Below, piece after piece: positions 52,000-61,444 of a stretch of DNA of 64,000 nt. This DNA is from Trueperaceae bacterium (lineage in GTDB: Bacteria; Deinococcota; Deinococci; Deinococcales; Trueperaceae), in the NCBI GenBank assembly GCA_965213925.1, contig OZ243927.1, positions 4,520,498 to 4,584,497 of the forward strand. The letters are read 5' to 3'. Numbering within the stretch: the stretch's first letter is position 1; the number at the start of each line of letters is the position of its first letter. A model generated the notes under the pieces. It saw only the letters and a program-made list of their open reading frames with translations, did not search any database and had not been told where the DNA came from. Made by a program: the position numbers and the translations under genes.

Positions 52000-52044
52000 A
52001 ACTCAGATAGCGGCAGGTACCTCACCTGCCGCTATCTGAGTTTT
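52000..52044 (+). terminator. intrinsic terminator after pilT
   Basis: 19-bp perfect stem AACTCAGATAGCGGCAGGT / ACCTGCCGCTATCTGAGTT running into a T-tract. Confidence 0.8.
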
Positions 52045-52095
52045 CTGGTTTGTTCGCTCATCGGTTCTCGGTTGCACCTTTAAGCGCACAGGATA

Positions 52096-52244
52096 TATAG
52101 CGGTTATCAGGCGAAGCCTAGCGGAACGGCTTCGCCTGAGAGCGGAACTTCATCACTTAGAGTGCGTGATAGTTACGCAAGTTTGCTGCCTAGCAACAGC
52201 GTTTTCAAAGTGAGCGTGTAGCTGACTAGATGATACCTGCTATA
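52096..52244. mobile_element. TA-flanked MITE, copy 2 (inverted relative to 5355-5469)
   Basis: TATAGCGGTTATCAG ... AGATGATACCTGCTATA; internal hairpin CAGGCGAAGCC / GGCTTCGCCTG. Confidence 0.65.
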
Positions 52245-52279
52245 TTGAAGCTCAGCACACGCTTTTAGGAGGTTGACCT

Positions 52280-53791
52280 ATGCATTTCTCCCGCTATTTC
52301 ACCGTTCTACTCCTCATGTTCGGGCTGAGTTTGGGTGCAGCGCAAACGCTCACCGTCGCGCAAGGGGTGGACGCCACCACGCTTGACCCCAACGACCAAG
52401 AGGAAACGCCCACGCAAAACATCGTCTCCAACATCTTCGACCCGCTCTTGTGGCGCGCGGCGGACGGCTCTATCGAGCCCTGGCTAGCGACCTCAGTCGA
52501 GGCGGTGGACGACACAACTTGGGAGATCACCCTCCGCGACGACGTGACCTTCCATAACGGTGAAGCGCTCACAGCGGAGGTCGTCGCCTGGAACATCGAA
52601 CGCGCCCTGTCAGAAGAGACGCCGATTCGCTTCAAATCGAACTTTGACTCCATCACGGGCGTCGAGGTGGTGGACAACACGGTGGTGAGGGTCACGACGG
52701 ACGTACCCTTCCCCGTTTTTCCCACGCACCTCACGCGCTTTTTCATGGTCTCGCAGCAGAACTACGAGGAGAACGGCGCGGCATTTGCAGCGGAGAACCC
52801 GGTGGGGACAGGACCGTATGAGTTCGTGCGTTGGCAGCGCGACCAGCGGCTCGAGCTGTCCGCCTATCAAGACTACTGGCAAGGTCCGGCGAGCATCCCC
52901 ACAGTCGTCTTCCGCCCCATCCCCGAGACCAGCTCGCGCATCACCGAACTTGTCACGGGCGGCGTGGACATCGCCACAAACGTCTCGCCCGAGGCGATAC
53001 CTCTCATCGAGGGCAGCGGCCAAGCGGAGGTGCGCACCGTCCAGTCGATTCGTAACATCTTCGTGATTTTCACTGCGCAAGAGGGTCCTTTAGCTGACCC
53101 GCGCGTGCGCGAAGCCCTCAACTTAGCCGTGGATGTAGACCAGATCATTACCACGATTTTTGACGGCAACGCGACGCCCACCGCCACGCCTCTCAACAAC
53201 TTCATGTTCGGTTACACCCCCGAGTTAGATAGCCGCGAATACGACCCTGAAAGGGCGCAGCAACTCCTAGCCGAAGCGGGCTACCCCGACGGCTTCTCCT
53301 TCTCGATGGGTAGCCCCGACGGGCGCTACCTCAGCGACCGCCTGGTTGCCGAAGCGGTTGTGGGGCAACTTCGCGAGGTCGGCGTAGAGGTCGACTTGCG
53401 CGTGCAGGAGTGGAGTTCGTATGTCGGGCAGATTTTGGAGCGGCAAGTGCCGACCGACGCCTACCTCATCGGCTGGGGCAACTCGAACTTCGACGCGGAC
53501 CGCACGCTCTTCACGCTCCTTTACAGCGGCACAGTCGAAGGTGGTCCTGAACAGTCTGCGTTTGACTACTGGCAGAACGAGACCTTCGACCAACTCGTCC
53601 TAGACGCCCGCTCGACGGTGGATGAGGCTGAGCGCCAAGCGCTTTACCGCGAAGCCGTAGCGCTCACTACCGAGGAATACCCCTGGCTTTTCTTGTACCA
53701 ACAGGGCGACGTGTATGGCGTCAGCACCGAGCTGAACTGGGAGCCGCGCTCAAACGAGCTGATTTGGGCGTACAGCGCGAGCTTTGAGTGA
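52280..53791 (+). CDS. ABC transporter substrate-binding protein, family 5 (DppA/OppA-like)
   Basis: Signal peptide, LRDDVTFHNG, PVGTGPYEF, DPRVREALNLAVD. Confidence 0.93.
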   Translation: MHFSRYFTVLLLMFGLSLGAAQTLTVAQGVDATTLDPNDQEETPTQNIVSNIFDPLLWRAADGSIEPWLATSVEAVDDTTWEITLRDDVTFHNGEALTAEVVAWNIERALSEETPIRFKSNFDSITGVEVVDNTVVRVTTDVPFPVFPTHLTRFFMVSQQNYEENGAAFAAENPVGTGPYEFVRWQRDQRLELSAYQDYWQGPASIPTVVFRPIPETSSRITELVTGGVDIATNVSPEAIPLIEGSGQAEVRTVQSIRNIFVIFTAQEGPLADPRVREALNLAVDVDQIITTIFDGNATPTATPLNNFMFGYTPELDSREYDPERAQQLLAEAGYPDGFSFSMGSPDGRYLSDRLVAEAVVGQLREVGVEVDLRVQEWSSYVGQILERQVPTDAYLIGWGNSNFDADRTLFTLLYSGTVEGGPEQSAFDYWQNETFDQLVLDARSTVDEAERQALYREAVALTTEEYPWLFLYQQGDVYGVSTELNWEPRSNELIWAYSASFE

Positions 53792-53821
53792 GGATTAGGT
53801 AGAGTATTGATTCATAGTGGC

Positions 53822-53847
53822 GACCTCTTCTCACTCGAGAAGAGGTC
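53822..53847 (+). terminator. hairpin after the SBP gene (possible mRNA stabiliser or partial terminator)
   Basis: GACCTCTTCTC-ACTC-GAGAAGAGGTC. Confidence 0.5.
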
Positions 53848-53957
53848 ATTGTTTACCAACCCACGTGCTTCTTTTGGACGTATTCAAACTAGTGATGGCT
53901 TCGCACTTGTCCGAGCAAAAAACAAGAAAGAGGTGAACAGCGTGCTGCGAAAGGGGT

Positions 53958-54124
53958 TAGTACACTGTCAACTAAATTTTGCGATATCTGCGAATGTCAC
54001 CCCGAGCCGCGTCGAGGGGTCTCGCTTCGCATTCTCAGCTAGACAAGGAGGCAAATGCAGAGATTCTTTCTCTTCGCTGCGCTACGCTCAGAATGACAAA
54101 ATTCATTCTTCATCTAACGCTATA
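53958..54124. repeat. structured REP/MITE-like element, inverted relative of 24181-24394
   Basis: TAGTACACTGTCAAC ... ATGTCACCCC ... CAGAGATTCTT ... CGCTCAGAATGACA. Confidence 0.65.
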
Positions 54125-54216
54125 GTTAGCCTTGATACAAAATTCGGCAAGACATACGTTGACTTTTGCCGCGACCTCTTTGCCAGGGCTCGAGCCCACA
54201 ACCTAACACCAATATT

Positions 54217-55134
54217 GTGCTGAATTACATCGTCCAGCGCATTATCTTGCTTTTCGTCGTCGTGTTAGGCGCGGCGACCTTAGCGTTCGGTCTCTTGTAC
54301 CTCTCCGGCGACCCGACGAACTTGCTCTTACCCCTCGACGCGACCGAGAGCACCCGCGACGCCTTTCGCCAAGCGCAGGGCTATGACCAACCACTCTACG
54401 TTCAGTACGGGCGCTACTTGGGCGACCTCGTGCGGGGCGACTTCGGCACGAGTTTGCGCAACAACCAACCCGCGCTCAGCCTCGTTTTAGAACGTTTTCC
54501 GCCGACGCTGAGGCTCGCCGGGCTCGCCCTTTTGCTCGCGATTCTCATCGCCGTCCCCGCAGGCGTCATCGCGGCGAATCGGCGCGGCAGCGTCGCTGAG
54601 TTGCTCCTCATGTCGGGCGCACTTTTGGGTCAGGCGATGCCCGTCTTCTGGCTCGGTCTGATGCTCATCCTCGTCTTTGGACTCAACCTGCGTTGGCTGC
54701 CCATCTCGGGGAGCGGCACGCCGCAGCACTACGTTTTGCCTGTAATTACCTTAGCGACCTTTAGCGCCGCCTCGATTGCGCGGCTCACGCGGGGCGGCGT
54801 GTTGACAGAGCTTCAAAGTGACCACGTGCGCACGGCGCGGGCGAAAGGGCTTTTGGAGCGCGGCGTGCTCTATAAACATGCGCTCCGCAACGCTGCGATT
54901 CCCGTCGTGACCATCGTCGGTTTGCAGCTCGGCACGCTCGTCTCGGGTGCGATCATCACCGAGACGATTTTCGCGTGGCCGGGCATCGGGCGCTTCGTCC
55001 TCCTGGCGGTCTCGCAGCGAGACTTTCCGGTGGTGCAAGCGAGTGTGGTTGTCTTTGCGCTGCTCTTAGCGCTCATCAACCTCGCCGTAGACCTTATCTA
55101 TCTGGCGCTCGACCCGAGGATTCGCTATGACTGA
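54217..55134 (+). CDS. ABC permease (DppB-like)
   Basis: GDFGTS, MPVFWLG, DHVRTARAKGL, HALRNA, ETIFAWPGIG. Confidence 0.93.
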   Translation: MLNYIVQRIILLFVVVLGAATLAFGLLYLSGDPTNLLLPLDATESTRDAFRQAQGYDQPLYVQYGRYLGDLVRGDFGTSLRNNQPALSLVLERFPPTLRLAGLALLLAILIAVPAGVIAANRRGSVAELLLMSGALLGQAMPVFWLGLMLILVFGLNLRWLPISGSGTPQHYVLPVITLATFSAASIARLTRGGVLTELQSDHVRTARAKGLLERGVLYKHALRNAAIPVVTIVGLQLGTLVSGAIITETIFAWPGIGRFVLLAVSQRDFPVVQASVVVFALLLALINLAVDLIYLALDPRIRYD

Positions 55135-56002
55135 GGCGGCACCTGCAAGATCGTCTAACCGCTTTAAGGGTCTGACGCGGCTCTTGCGCCGCCCCTCGGC
55201 GCTCTTCGCGGTCACGCTCATCGCGCTCTTTCTCTTCACGGCGGCGTTCGCCCCGCTCCTCGCGCCGTTCGATCCGAACGCGCAAGACTTAGGTGCACGC
55301 CTCCTCGCGCCCGGCACCGAAGGGCACCTCTTGGGCACCGACCAACTCGGGCGCGACGTACTCTCGCGCATCCTCTACGGAGCGCGGCTCTCTCTTTTCA
55401 TCGCCTCGGCGGGCGTACTTCTAGGGCTCATCATCGGTTTACCGCTCGGTCTTTTAGCTGGTTTTCTAGGGCGCTGGGCGGACGAGGTCATCATGCGCCT
55501 CGGAGATATTCAGCTTTCGATTCCCTTTATCTTGCTGGTCATCGCGATTATTGCGGCGCTCGGCTCGAGCCTCACCAACACGATTTTCATCTTAGGCGTG
55601 ACCTCTTGGGTGACGTACGCCCGCATCGTCCGGGGCGAGGTCTTGCGGCTCCGTGACCTCGACTACGTGCAAGCGGCGAGCGCGTTGGGCGCGAACGCGC
55701 CGCGCAGGTTGCTCAAACACATTTTACCGAACACGCTAGGACCGCTCTTAGTCGTCATCACCTTAGAATTTGCGCGGCTCGTCATCGCGGAGGCGGCGCT
55801 CTCGTTTTTAGGGCTTTCGGGCGTCTCGGCGGAGATTCCCTCGTGGGGTCAGCTCCTCTCGAGCGGGCGTGAAGTGCTCTTTTTCGGCGGTTGGTGGGTG
55901 GCGACCTTTCCGGGCATCGCCATTACCCTCGTCGTACTCGCGGTCAACCTCTTTGGAGACGTATTAGCTGAAGTGCTCGACCCGCGCCAGCGGATGCGTT
56001 AG
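55127..56002 (+). CDS. ABC permease (DppC-like)
   Basis: HLLGTDQLGRD, YARIVRG, HILPN, EAALSFLG. Confidence 0.93.
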   Translation: MTEAAPARSSNRFKGLTRLLRRPSALFAVTLIALFLFTAAFAPLLAPFDPNAQDLGARLLAPGTEGHLLGTDQLGRDVLSRILYGARLSLFIASAGVLLGLIIGLPLGLLAGFLGRWADEVIMRLGDIQLSIPFILLVIAIIAALGSSLTNTIFILGVTSWVTYARIVRGEVLRLRDLDYVQAASALGANAPRRLLKHILPNTLGPLLVVITLEFARLVIAEAALSFLGLSGVSAEIPSWGQLLSSGREVLFFGGWWVATFPGIAITLVVLAVNLFGDVLAEVLDPRQRMR

Positions 56003-56005
56003 GTT

Positions 56006-56821
56006 ATGACCTCTTTTTTTACCCTCCTTTTTCCGCAGTGGCAGGGGTCTGGCTCACCCGAGGCTTCCCTTCTCGAGAGAGGCGCAGAGCAAATTGCTCA
56101 ACGCTTGGTAAGGGTGGATGCTAGAGTCAATCTCTCCCCTTCTAAAGATTTGGAGACCCAAGCAGGCATCAGAGGGCGCGAGCAACTCCTAAAACAGTTA
56201 GAAAAAGCCGCCGCTATTCTCGCTCGAGCCGAGCCTACACACCTCTTCACCCTCGGCGGCGACTGCGGCGTAGACCTCGCGACCGCTTCGTACCTGAACG
56301 CTCGGCATAGTGACCTCGCGCTTGTTTGGCTCGACGCGCACGGCGACCTCAACGCGCCCGCCTCCTCACCGAGCGGCGCATTTCACGGGATGATTCTGCG
56401 TACGCTGTTAGGTGAGAGTGACGCGGACTTTTTGGATAGAGCGTTCTCGACGTTCGAGCCAGAACAGGTCTTTCTAGCGGGCGCAAGAGACTTCGACCCG
56501 CCGGAAAAGGTGTTTGCTGAGGGGCTCGAGCACCTCTCCGTAGAAATCTTAGAACAGCAGCCAGAAGCGTTGGCAGAAAAGATTGCAGCGAGAGGCTTTG
56601 GTAAACTCCATATCCATCTGGATTTAGACGTGTTGGAGCCCGCCGATTTTGCGGCGACGGGCTATCCAACGCCGCGTGGATTGTCCATTAAAAGATTGAT
56701 GGACATTTTAGAAACGCTCGGTAAGAGGTTCGAAATAGTTGGTTTGACGCTCGCGGAGTTTACGCCAAAAGAAGAGGGTGACGCGGAGAAGGTGCGGGGA
56801 ATTTTAGAGGTCGTCCCCTAG
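56006..56821 (+). CDS. arginase/ureohydrolase family protein
   Basis: PQWQGSG, GGDC, WLDAHGDLN, FHGM, HLDLDVL. Confidence 0.85.
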   Translation: MTSFFTLLFPQWQGSGSPEASLLERGAEQIAQRLVRVDARVNLSPSKDLETQAGIRGREQLLKQLEKAAAILARAEPTHLFTLGGDCGVDLATASYLNARHSDLALVWLDAHGDLNAPASSPSGAFHGMILRTLLGESDADFLDRAFSTFEPEQVFLAGARDFDPPEKVFAEGLEHLSVEILEQQPEALAEKIAARGFGKLHIHLDLDVLEPADFAATGYPTPRGLSIKRLMDILETLGKRFEIVGLTLAEFTPKEEGDAEKVRGILEVVP

Positions 56822-56860
56822 CTCGAGCTGCGTTCTGAACTGCACAAGTAGAATAAACCT

Positions 56861-57265
56861 ATGGCTTACCTTTTGGGTACTCTGTTAGCTCTGGTGGTTG
56901 CGGTAACCGCTAGAGTCACACGCTTCGACCGAGACCGGAGTTTCTACCCTACTCTGCTGATCGTGATTGCGAGCTACTACCTTCTCTTCGCGGTGATGGG
57001 CAGCCCTTCCGCTCTTATCGCCGAGCTTCTTTTCGCACTTTTCTTCGCTGCGCTTGCGTTCACAGGTGCTTACATTTCGGTCTGGTTTATCGGCGCAGGT
57101 CTAGCGCTGCACGGCGTTTTCGACCTCTTTCACGCCGCCTTGTTGACCAATGAAGGTGTGCCGCTGTGGTGGCCTGCTTTTTGCTTCGCGGTTGATGTGA
57201 CGCTTGCGCTGTGGCTAGCCTGGCTCGTATCTCGAGAGCCGATAACTCCCGTAGAGCAGCGGTAG
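56861..57265 (+). CDS. hypothetical membrane protein
   Basis: 4-5 TM, HGVFD, WWPAFC; leaderless TAGAAT-N6-ATG. Confidence 0.75.
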   Translation: MAYLLGTLLALVVAVTARVTRFDRDRSFYPTLLIVIASYYLLFAVMGSPSALIAELLFALFFAALAFTGAYISVWFIGAGLALHGVFDLFHAALLTNEGVPLWWPAFCFAVDVTLALWLAWLVSREPITPVEQR

Positions 57266-58873
57266 CGCAGTGCTTAGGAGCGTGGTGAAGGCGAGTAACG
57301 CGAGCACGAGCCAACCTTCTGGTGTTGTCCAAACCATAAGGTTCGGGTTTTTAAGTGCCTGCCACGCAGGATACGCCAAAATTACGGTCATCAGAAGCGT
57401 AAACGCGAGCGACAGCGCCATGTAGAGAAGCCCGCCCGCCGCCATCGGAATCTCACTCGGCGTCGTCGCGTTAAAGCGCGGAAAAGCTGCGCCGAGCCCG
57501 ACGCCTAAACCCGTCACTGCTAACGCCGCGCAGAGCCCCGCCACCGGGCTCGCCCAGGCGAGCGTCGGGCTCATATCCAAGAGGAACGCGGCAGCCACGC
57601 CTAAACCCACGCCCAAGATAAGCATCACGGGCAGCGCGTACCAAAACTTGCTCATCACGATGCGCCGCGCCTTCAAAGGTCCAGTTTTGAGAAGCCAGAA
57701 GCCTTCACCCTCCAGGCTCACGCTCGGGTAGGTCATACGGATGCCGACGCCGCCCAGCAAGAAACCCATAAAGAGGAGGTTCATTGTGCCAAGTGCGTCA
57801 CGGAAGCGCTGGTTGTCAAGACCGTCCACCGTTAAGCTGCTGACGCTGACAAGGTACACGCCTGCTAACGCGATAAGCACGAGAAGCTGCGACCACTGCG
57901 TCGGATCGCGCAAGAGGAGTTTGGTGTCTTTCGCGACGACTGCGCCCGCCTGCCCGAAACGGTGCAGGGTGCGCTCAAAGAGGGAGGCAGGGCGCGGTGT
58001 TGGGTCGAGTTTAGGCGCGCCGGAGTCCAGCGAGCGTATCCAGCCCTCGCGGTAGGCGAAGGCGGCGAGCGCGGCAACCGACCAGAGGGCGAGAAGGGAG
58101 GTGAACGCCAGCACAAAAGCTGAAGGCGTAAATTCACCGCGCAACGCACCCCAAACCGCTTCCGAAGTCCAACTCGTCGGCAGCCAGCCGATTTCAAAGC
58201 TCGCAAAGCGGGTTAAAAAGGCACTCAATTCTTCTAAGGACATATCCGCGAGTTGCTCGGGTCGGAGGGCGCGTAAACCCAAGATGAAGGCGGCGGCGAG
58301 GACGACGCTTGCCCCCGTCGCAATCTCTTTAACCCGTCCCGCAGGCGCAACGCGCATGAGAAAGAGCGCAAGCGCACACCCGAGCGCAACCGGAAGCGCG
58401 TAAAGGGTGAGCACCGCCGCGAGCGCTACCGGATAGAAGAAAATCCCTGCGCCCCGTTCGACGCCTAAACCAACCAGAATCGGCACGGTGAAAAGCGCAG
58501 GTAAGAGCGCTGCCGAGAGGTACGTCTCCGCGACTTTGAGCGTAAAAACCCTGCCCGCAGGTACGGGTAGCGAGAGCAAAAAGGGCAAGTCGTCCGAGCT
58601 GTAGAGCGTGTGCACCGCCGTCGTCAACACGCTAAAGGTCACGCCCAGCACAAGAATCAGAAAGAGCGTTTCTAAACTGCGCTGCAAAATCGCGTCGGCG
58701 ATGTCCTGGTTGCCGAGGCGCAAGAAGGTGTCCACAAAACGCACCCCGCGCCGCGTCACGCTGAACATGCCCCAGTAAACGAGGCTTAGGAGGGCGAGAC
58801 CGAAGAGGTAGCCAGCAGGACGGCGTGTGACGCTATTCCACGCGCCTCTTAAACGCATCGCAAAGAGGTTCAT
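57215..58873 (-). CDS. putative ABC exporter permease (duplicated ABC-2-like)
   Basis: About 12 TM; DLPFLLSLPV, KDTKLLLRDP, SLEGEGFWLLKT. Confidence 0.85.
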   Translation of the reverse strand: MNLFAMRLRGAWNSVTRRPAGYLFGLALLSLVYWGMFSVTRRGVRFVDTFLRLGNQDIADAILQRSLETLFLILVLGVTFSVLTTAVHTLYSSDDLPFLLSLPVPAGRVFTLKVAETYLSAALLPALFTVPILVGLGVERGAGIFFYPVALAAVLTLYALPVALGCALALFLMRVAPAGRVKEIATGASVVLAAAFILGLRALRPEQLADMSLEELSAFLTRFASFEIGWLPTSWTSEAVWGALRGEFTPSAFVLAFTSLLALWSVAALAAFAYREGWIRSLDSGAPKLDPTPRPASLFERTLHRFGQAGAVVAKDTKLLLRDPTQWSQLLVLIALAGVYLVSVSSLTVDGLDNQRFRDALGTMNLLFMGFLLGGVGIRMTYPSVSLEGEGFWLLKTGPLKARRIVMSKFWYALPVMLILGVGLGVAAAFLLDMSPTLAWASPVAGLCAALAVTGLGVGLGAAFPRFNATTPSEIPMAAGGLLYMALSLAFTLLMTVILAYPAWQALKNPNLMVWTTPEGWLVLALLAFTTLLSTALPLLYGSYRLSRYEPG

Positions 58874-58880
58874 CCGAGGG

Positions 58881-59645
58881 TCACGCGGCTTTCTCGGTAG
58901 GTTGTAGAAGTTGTTCGTTTTGAATGGCTTCCTCGGTGAGCTGCAAGAAGATAGCCTCTAAGTCCGCCTCTTCGTCGCCGACACCCAAGCGTAACTCGTC
59001 TAGTGTTCCCTCCGCCGCGATTCGACCCTTGTGAACGAGCAGCGCGCGGTCTGCGACCTCTTCGGCGACCTCCATCGAATGCGTGGTGAGGAGGACCGTG
59101 CGGTTGTCGTGCTTGGCGTAGTTTTTCATCAGTTCGCGCACCTGCTTCGCCGCCCTTGGGTCGAGCCCCACCATCGGCTCGTCGATGACCAGCACGCGCG
59201 GCTCGTGCATCAAAGCCCCGATAAAGGTGAGCTTTTGCCGCATCCCGTGAGAGTAGCCCTCGATGAGTTCGTTGCCGAAATCCTGCAAGCCGAAGAACTC
59301 GAGCCACCCCTCGATCTTCTTCTCAGCATCCTTGACGCCGCGCAGCTTTCCTAAAAAACGCAGTAACTCGCGTCCGGTGAGTTTGAGGTATAGGTACGGT
59401 CTATCCGGCACATAACCGAGCTGCGCTTTCGCTTTGACCGCCTCTTTTACCACGTTGAAACCCGCCAAGCGCACCTCGCCCGAGGTCGGACGAATCAGCC
59501 CGGTAATCGCCTTTATGGTCGTGGACTTGCCCGCCCCGTTCGGACCTAAGAGCCCCAACACTTCGCCGGGCTGCGCGGTAAACGACACGCCGCCGACTGC
59601 TTGCACGCGCCCGTAGCACTTGGTGAGGTTGGTAACGGTGATCAT
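58881..59645 (-). CDS. ABC transporter ATPase
   Basis: GPNGAGKST, YSHGMRQK, DEPMVGLDP, TTH. Confidence 0.93.
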   Translation of the reverse strand: MITVTNLTKCYGRVQAVGGVSFTAQPGEVLGLLGPNGAGKSTTIKAITGLIRPTSGEVRLAGFNVVKEAVKAKAQLGYVPDRPYLYLKLTGRELLRFLGKLRGVKDAEKKIEGWLEFFGLQDFGNELIEGYSHGMRQKLTFIGALMHEPRVLVIDEPMVGLDPRAAKQVRELMKNYAKHDNRTVLLTTHSMEVAEEVADRALLVHKGRIAAEGTLDELRLGVGDEEADLEAIFLQLTEEAIQNEQLLQPTEKAA

Positions 59646-59825
59646 GAAGTGTATCGTACGTCTGCAAGGGGCGCAGCGTCTGTTGTGAATTCAACGACGC
59701 AGTGTGGAGTGACTCATCAGCGGTAGGGTGTTCGGGAGATGGAAGAAGGGCGTCGTCAGTTGTCAGCAGTCAGCCTCGTCACTTTGCTGACTACTAGATT
59801 CCAACTACTCTTCTCCATAAGAATA

Positions 59826-59855
59826 CTTGACACTATGAGACTCAGGTTTTATAAT
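59826..59855 (+). promoter_or_regulatory. consensus promoter overlapped by a HAIR-like (HspR) operator
   Basis: TTGACA-N17-TATAAT; CTTGACA-N7-ACTCAGG versus the HAIR consensus CTTGAGT-N7-ACTCAAG. Confidence 0.75.
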
Positions 59856-59880
59856 CGTTTTAACTAATGAAGGAGGCATA

Positions 59881-60339
59881 ATGCTACAATCTTGGAATCC
59901 TTGGCAAGAACTAGAAGACATGCAGCGCCGCATGAGCCGTGTTACGCGGGGCGAAGGTGCTATGAACGTTTGGGCTCCCGCAACGGACGTCGTCGAAGAC
60001 GAAGAAGGCTTATACATCTACATGGATTTGCCCGATGTGGATGAGGGTAGCTTGGACGTGAGCACCGAGCAGAGCAGCCTAAACGTCAAAGCGACGCGCC
60101 ATTACAAGCACACCGAGTCGCAGACCATCCACTACCAGGGTCGCCCCAAGGGGGAGTTCTCGCGCTCGTTCAATATCCCCTCGAGCTTCGACCTCAGCAA
60201 AGTCGAAGCGGCGTACGAAAACGGCGTCTTGAACCTGCTCATCCCCCGCTCGGAGAGTACGAAGCCGCGCAAGGTGGAAGTTTCGACCAATCGTGAGAGT
60301 AAAACCGTCGATACAGACAGCAATTCGGATAGCGAATAA
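59881..60339 (+). CDS. Hsp20 / alpha-crystallin small heat shock protein
   Basis: WAPATDV, DLP, FSRSF, AAYENGVL; RBS AAGGAGG. Confidence 0.93.
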   Translation: MLQSWNPWQELEDMQRRMSRVTRGEGAMNVWAPATDVVEDEEGLYIYMDLPDVDEGSLDVSTEQSSLNVKATRHYKHTESQTIHYQGRPKGEFSRSFNIPSSFDLSKVEAAYENGVLNLLIPRSESTKPRKVEVSTNRESKTVDTDSNSDSE

Positions 60340-60364
60340 GCAAAACAAATGATCTGAGAGAGTC

Positions 60365-60388
60365 GGAGCCAAGCTTCGGCTCCTTTTT
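60365..60388 (+). terminator. intrinsic terminator after hsp20
   Basis: GGAGCC-N7-GGCTCC-TTTTT. Confidence 0.7.
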
Positions 60389-60530
60389 ATTGTCCTCATA
60401 TTGCTGATAAGATTTGACTCTGTGTATGGGAAAACGGTTTTGTCTGACACGCCGACTAGCTGACGTGCTGATTCGCTTCTTTGCACGCTGCTACGCAAAG
60501 AGAGTCTAAAACCTGCGGTACGATTATCTC

Positions 60531-61199
60531 ATGATCCGCTTGCTGCTATGCGACGACCACGCGATGTTTCGCCAGGGATTAAAGAGCATTTTAGAGACTG
60601 AGCCGGACTTTCGCATCATTGGCGAAGCGGCCACAGGACGCGAAGCGGTGCGCTACGCTTTGGATACGCGTCCCGATATCGTGCTTATGGACATTCAGAT
60701 GCCCGAGCTTGACGGCGTCGCGGCGACGAAGACGATTTTAGAAGAGCGAGCAGATATAAAGGTGATTATTCTCACCATGTACCGCCAAGACCGCTACGTG
60801 TTCGAGGCGATCAAGGCGGGGGCGCGCGGTTACATGCTTAAAGACGCCGATGCGAACGACCTCATAGGCGCGATTCGGCGCGTGGCGGAGGGCGAAACGC
60901 TCCTTAACGCGGAGATGGCGGCGTCCATTCTGGATGAGTTTAAGAAAGTGAAAGAGGAGTTGCCTACACATCCTGCTCACCCGATATCGGAATTGACCGA
61001 GCGCGAAGCGACGATTTTGCGCCTCTTAGCGCAAGGTGACTCGAACCAAGAGATCGCCGAGGCGCTAGGCGTCAGTGAAAAAACCGTGCGCAACCGGCTC
61101 TCGGAAATTTTTTCTAAACTGCGGCTCAACAACCGCACGCAGGCGGCGCTTTACGCCCTACGCGAAGGTATCGCGACCTTGAGTGCGAGCGAAGGGTGA
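60531..61199 (+). CDS. NarL/LuxR-family response regulator
   Basis: CDDH, MDIQMP, LTEREA, SNQEIA, KTVRN; leaderless TACGAT-N6-ATG. Confidence 0.95.
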   Translation: MIRLLLCDDHAMFRQGLKSILETEPDFRIIGEAATGREAVRYALDTRPDIVLMDIQMPELDGVAATKTILEERADIKVIILTMYRQDRYVFEAIKAGARGYMLKDADANDLIGAIRRVAEGETLLNAEMAASILDEFKKVKEELPTHPAHPISELTEREATILRLLAQGDSNQEIAEALGVSEKTVRNRLSEIFSKLRLNNRTQAALYALREGIATLSASEG

Positions 61200-61444
61200 A
61201 GGGCGCTAAGCAACGTAAGAATACGCCTCAAGTCAAACGCTTTATTGCAGGCTGCGAGCGCGTCAAGGAGGGACCGGCTGATCTGCGAGAGGTCGCCTAC
61301 ACCGAACTCGCCTTTCCCGAGTGTCCGACGTGCCCGCACCGCGTCATCCCCGAAGGTGCGCCCTCGTTTTGTCGCTGGCTGCCAGTGGACGCAAAGGGAC
61401 CGTTTGCGGGGCTCGAGTCTTTCGCCCAAGGATTGGACTCATGA
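61196..61444 (+). CDS. small Cys-rich hypothetical protein
   Basis: Overlaps both neighbours (GTGA, ATGA); C...CPTCPH...C. Confidence 0.7.
   Translation: MKGAKQRKNTPQVKRFIAGCERVKEGPADLREVAYTELAFPECPTCPHRVIPEGAPSFCRWLPVDAKGPFAGLESFAQGLDS

Noticed and set aside
53807..54223. 138-aa ORF between the SBP and permease genes
   Set aside because: It runs across a hairpin and a repeat element, has a TTG start and shows no protein-like motif
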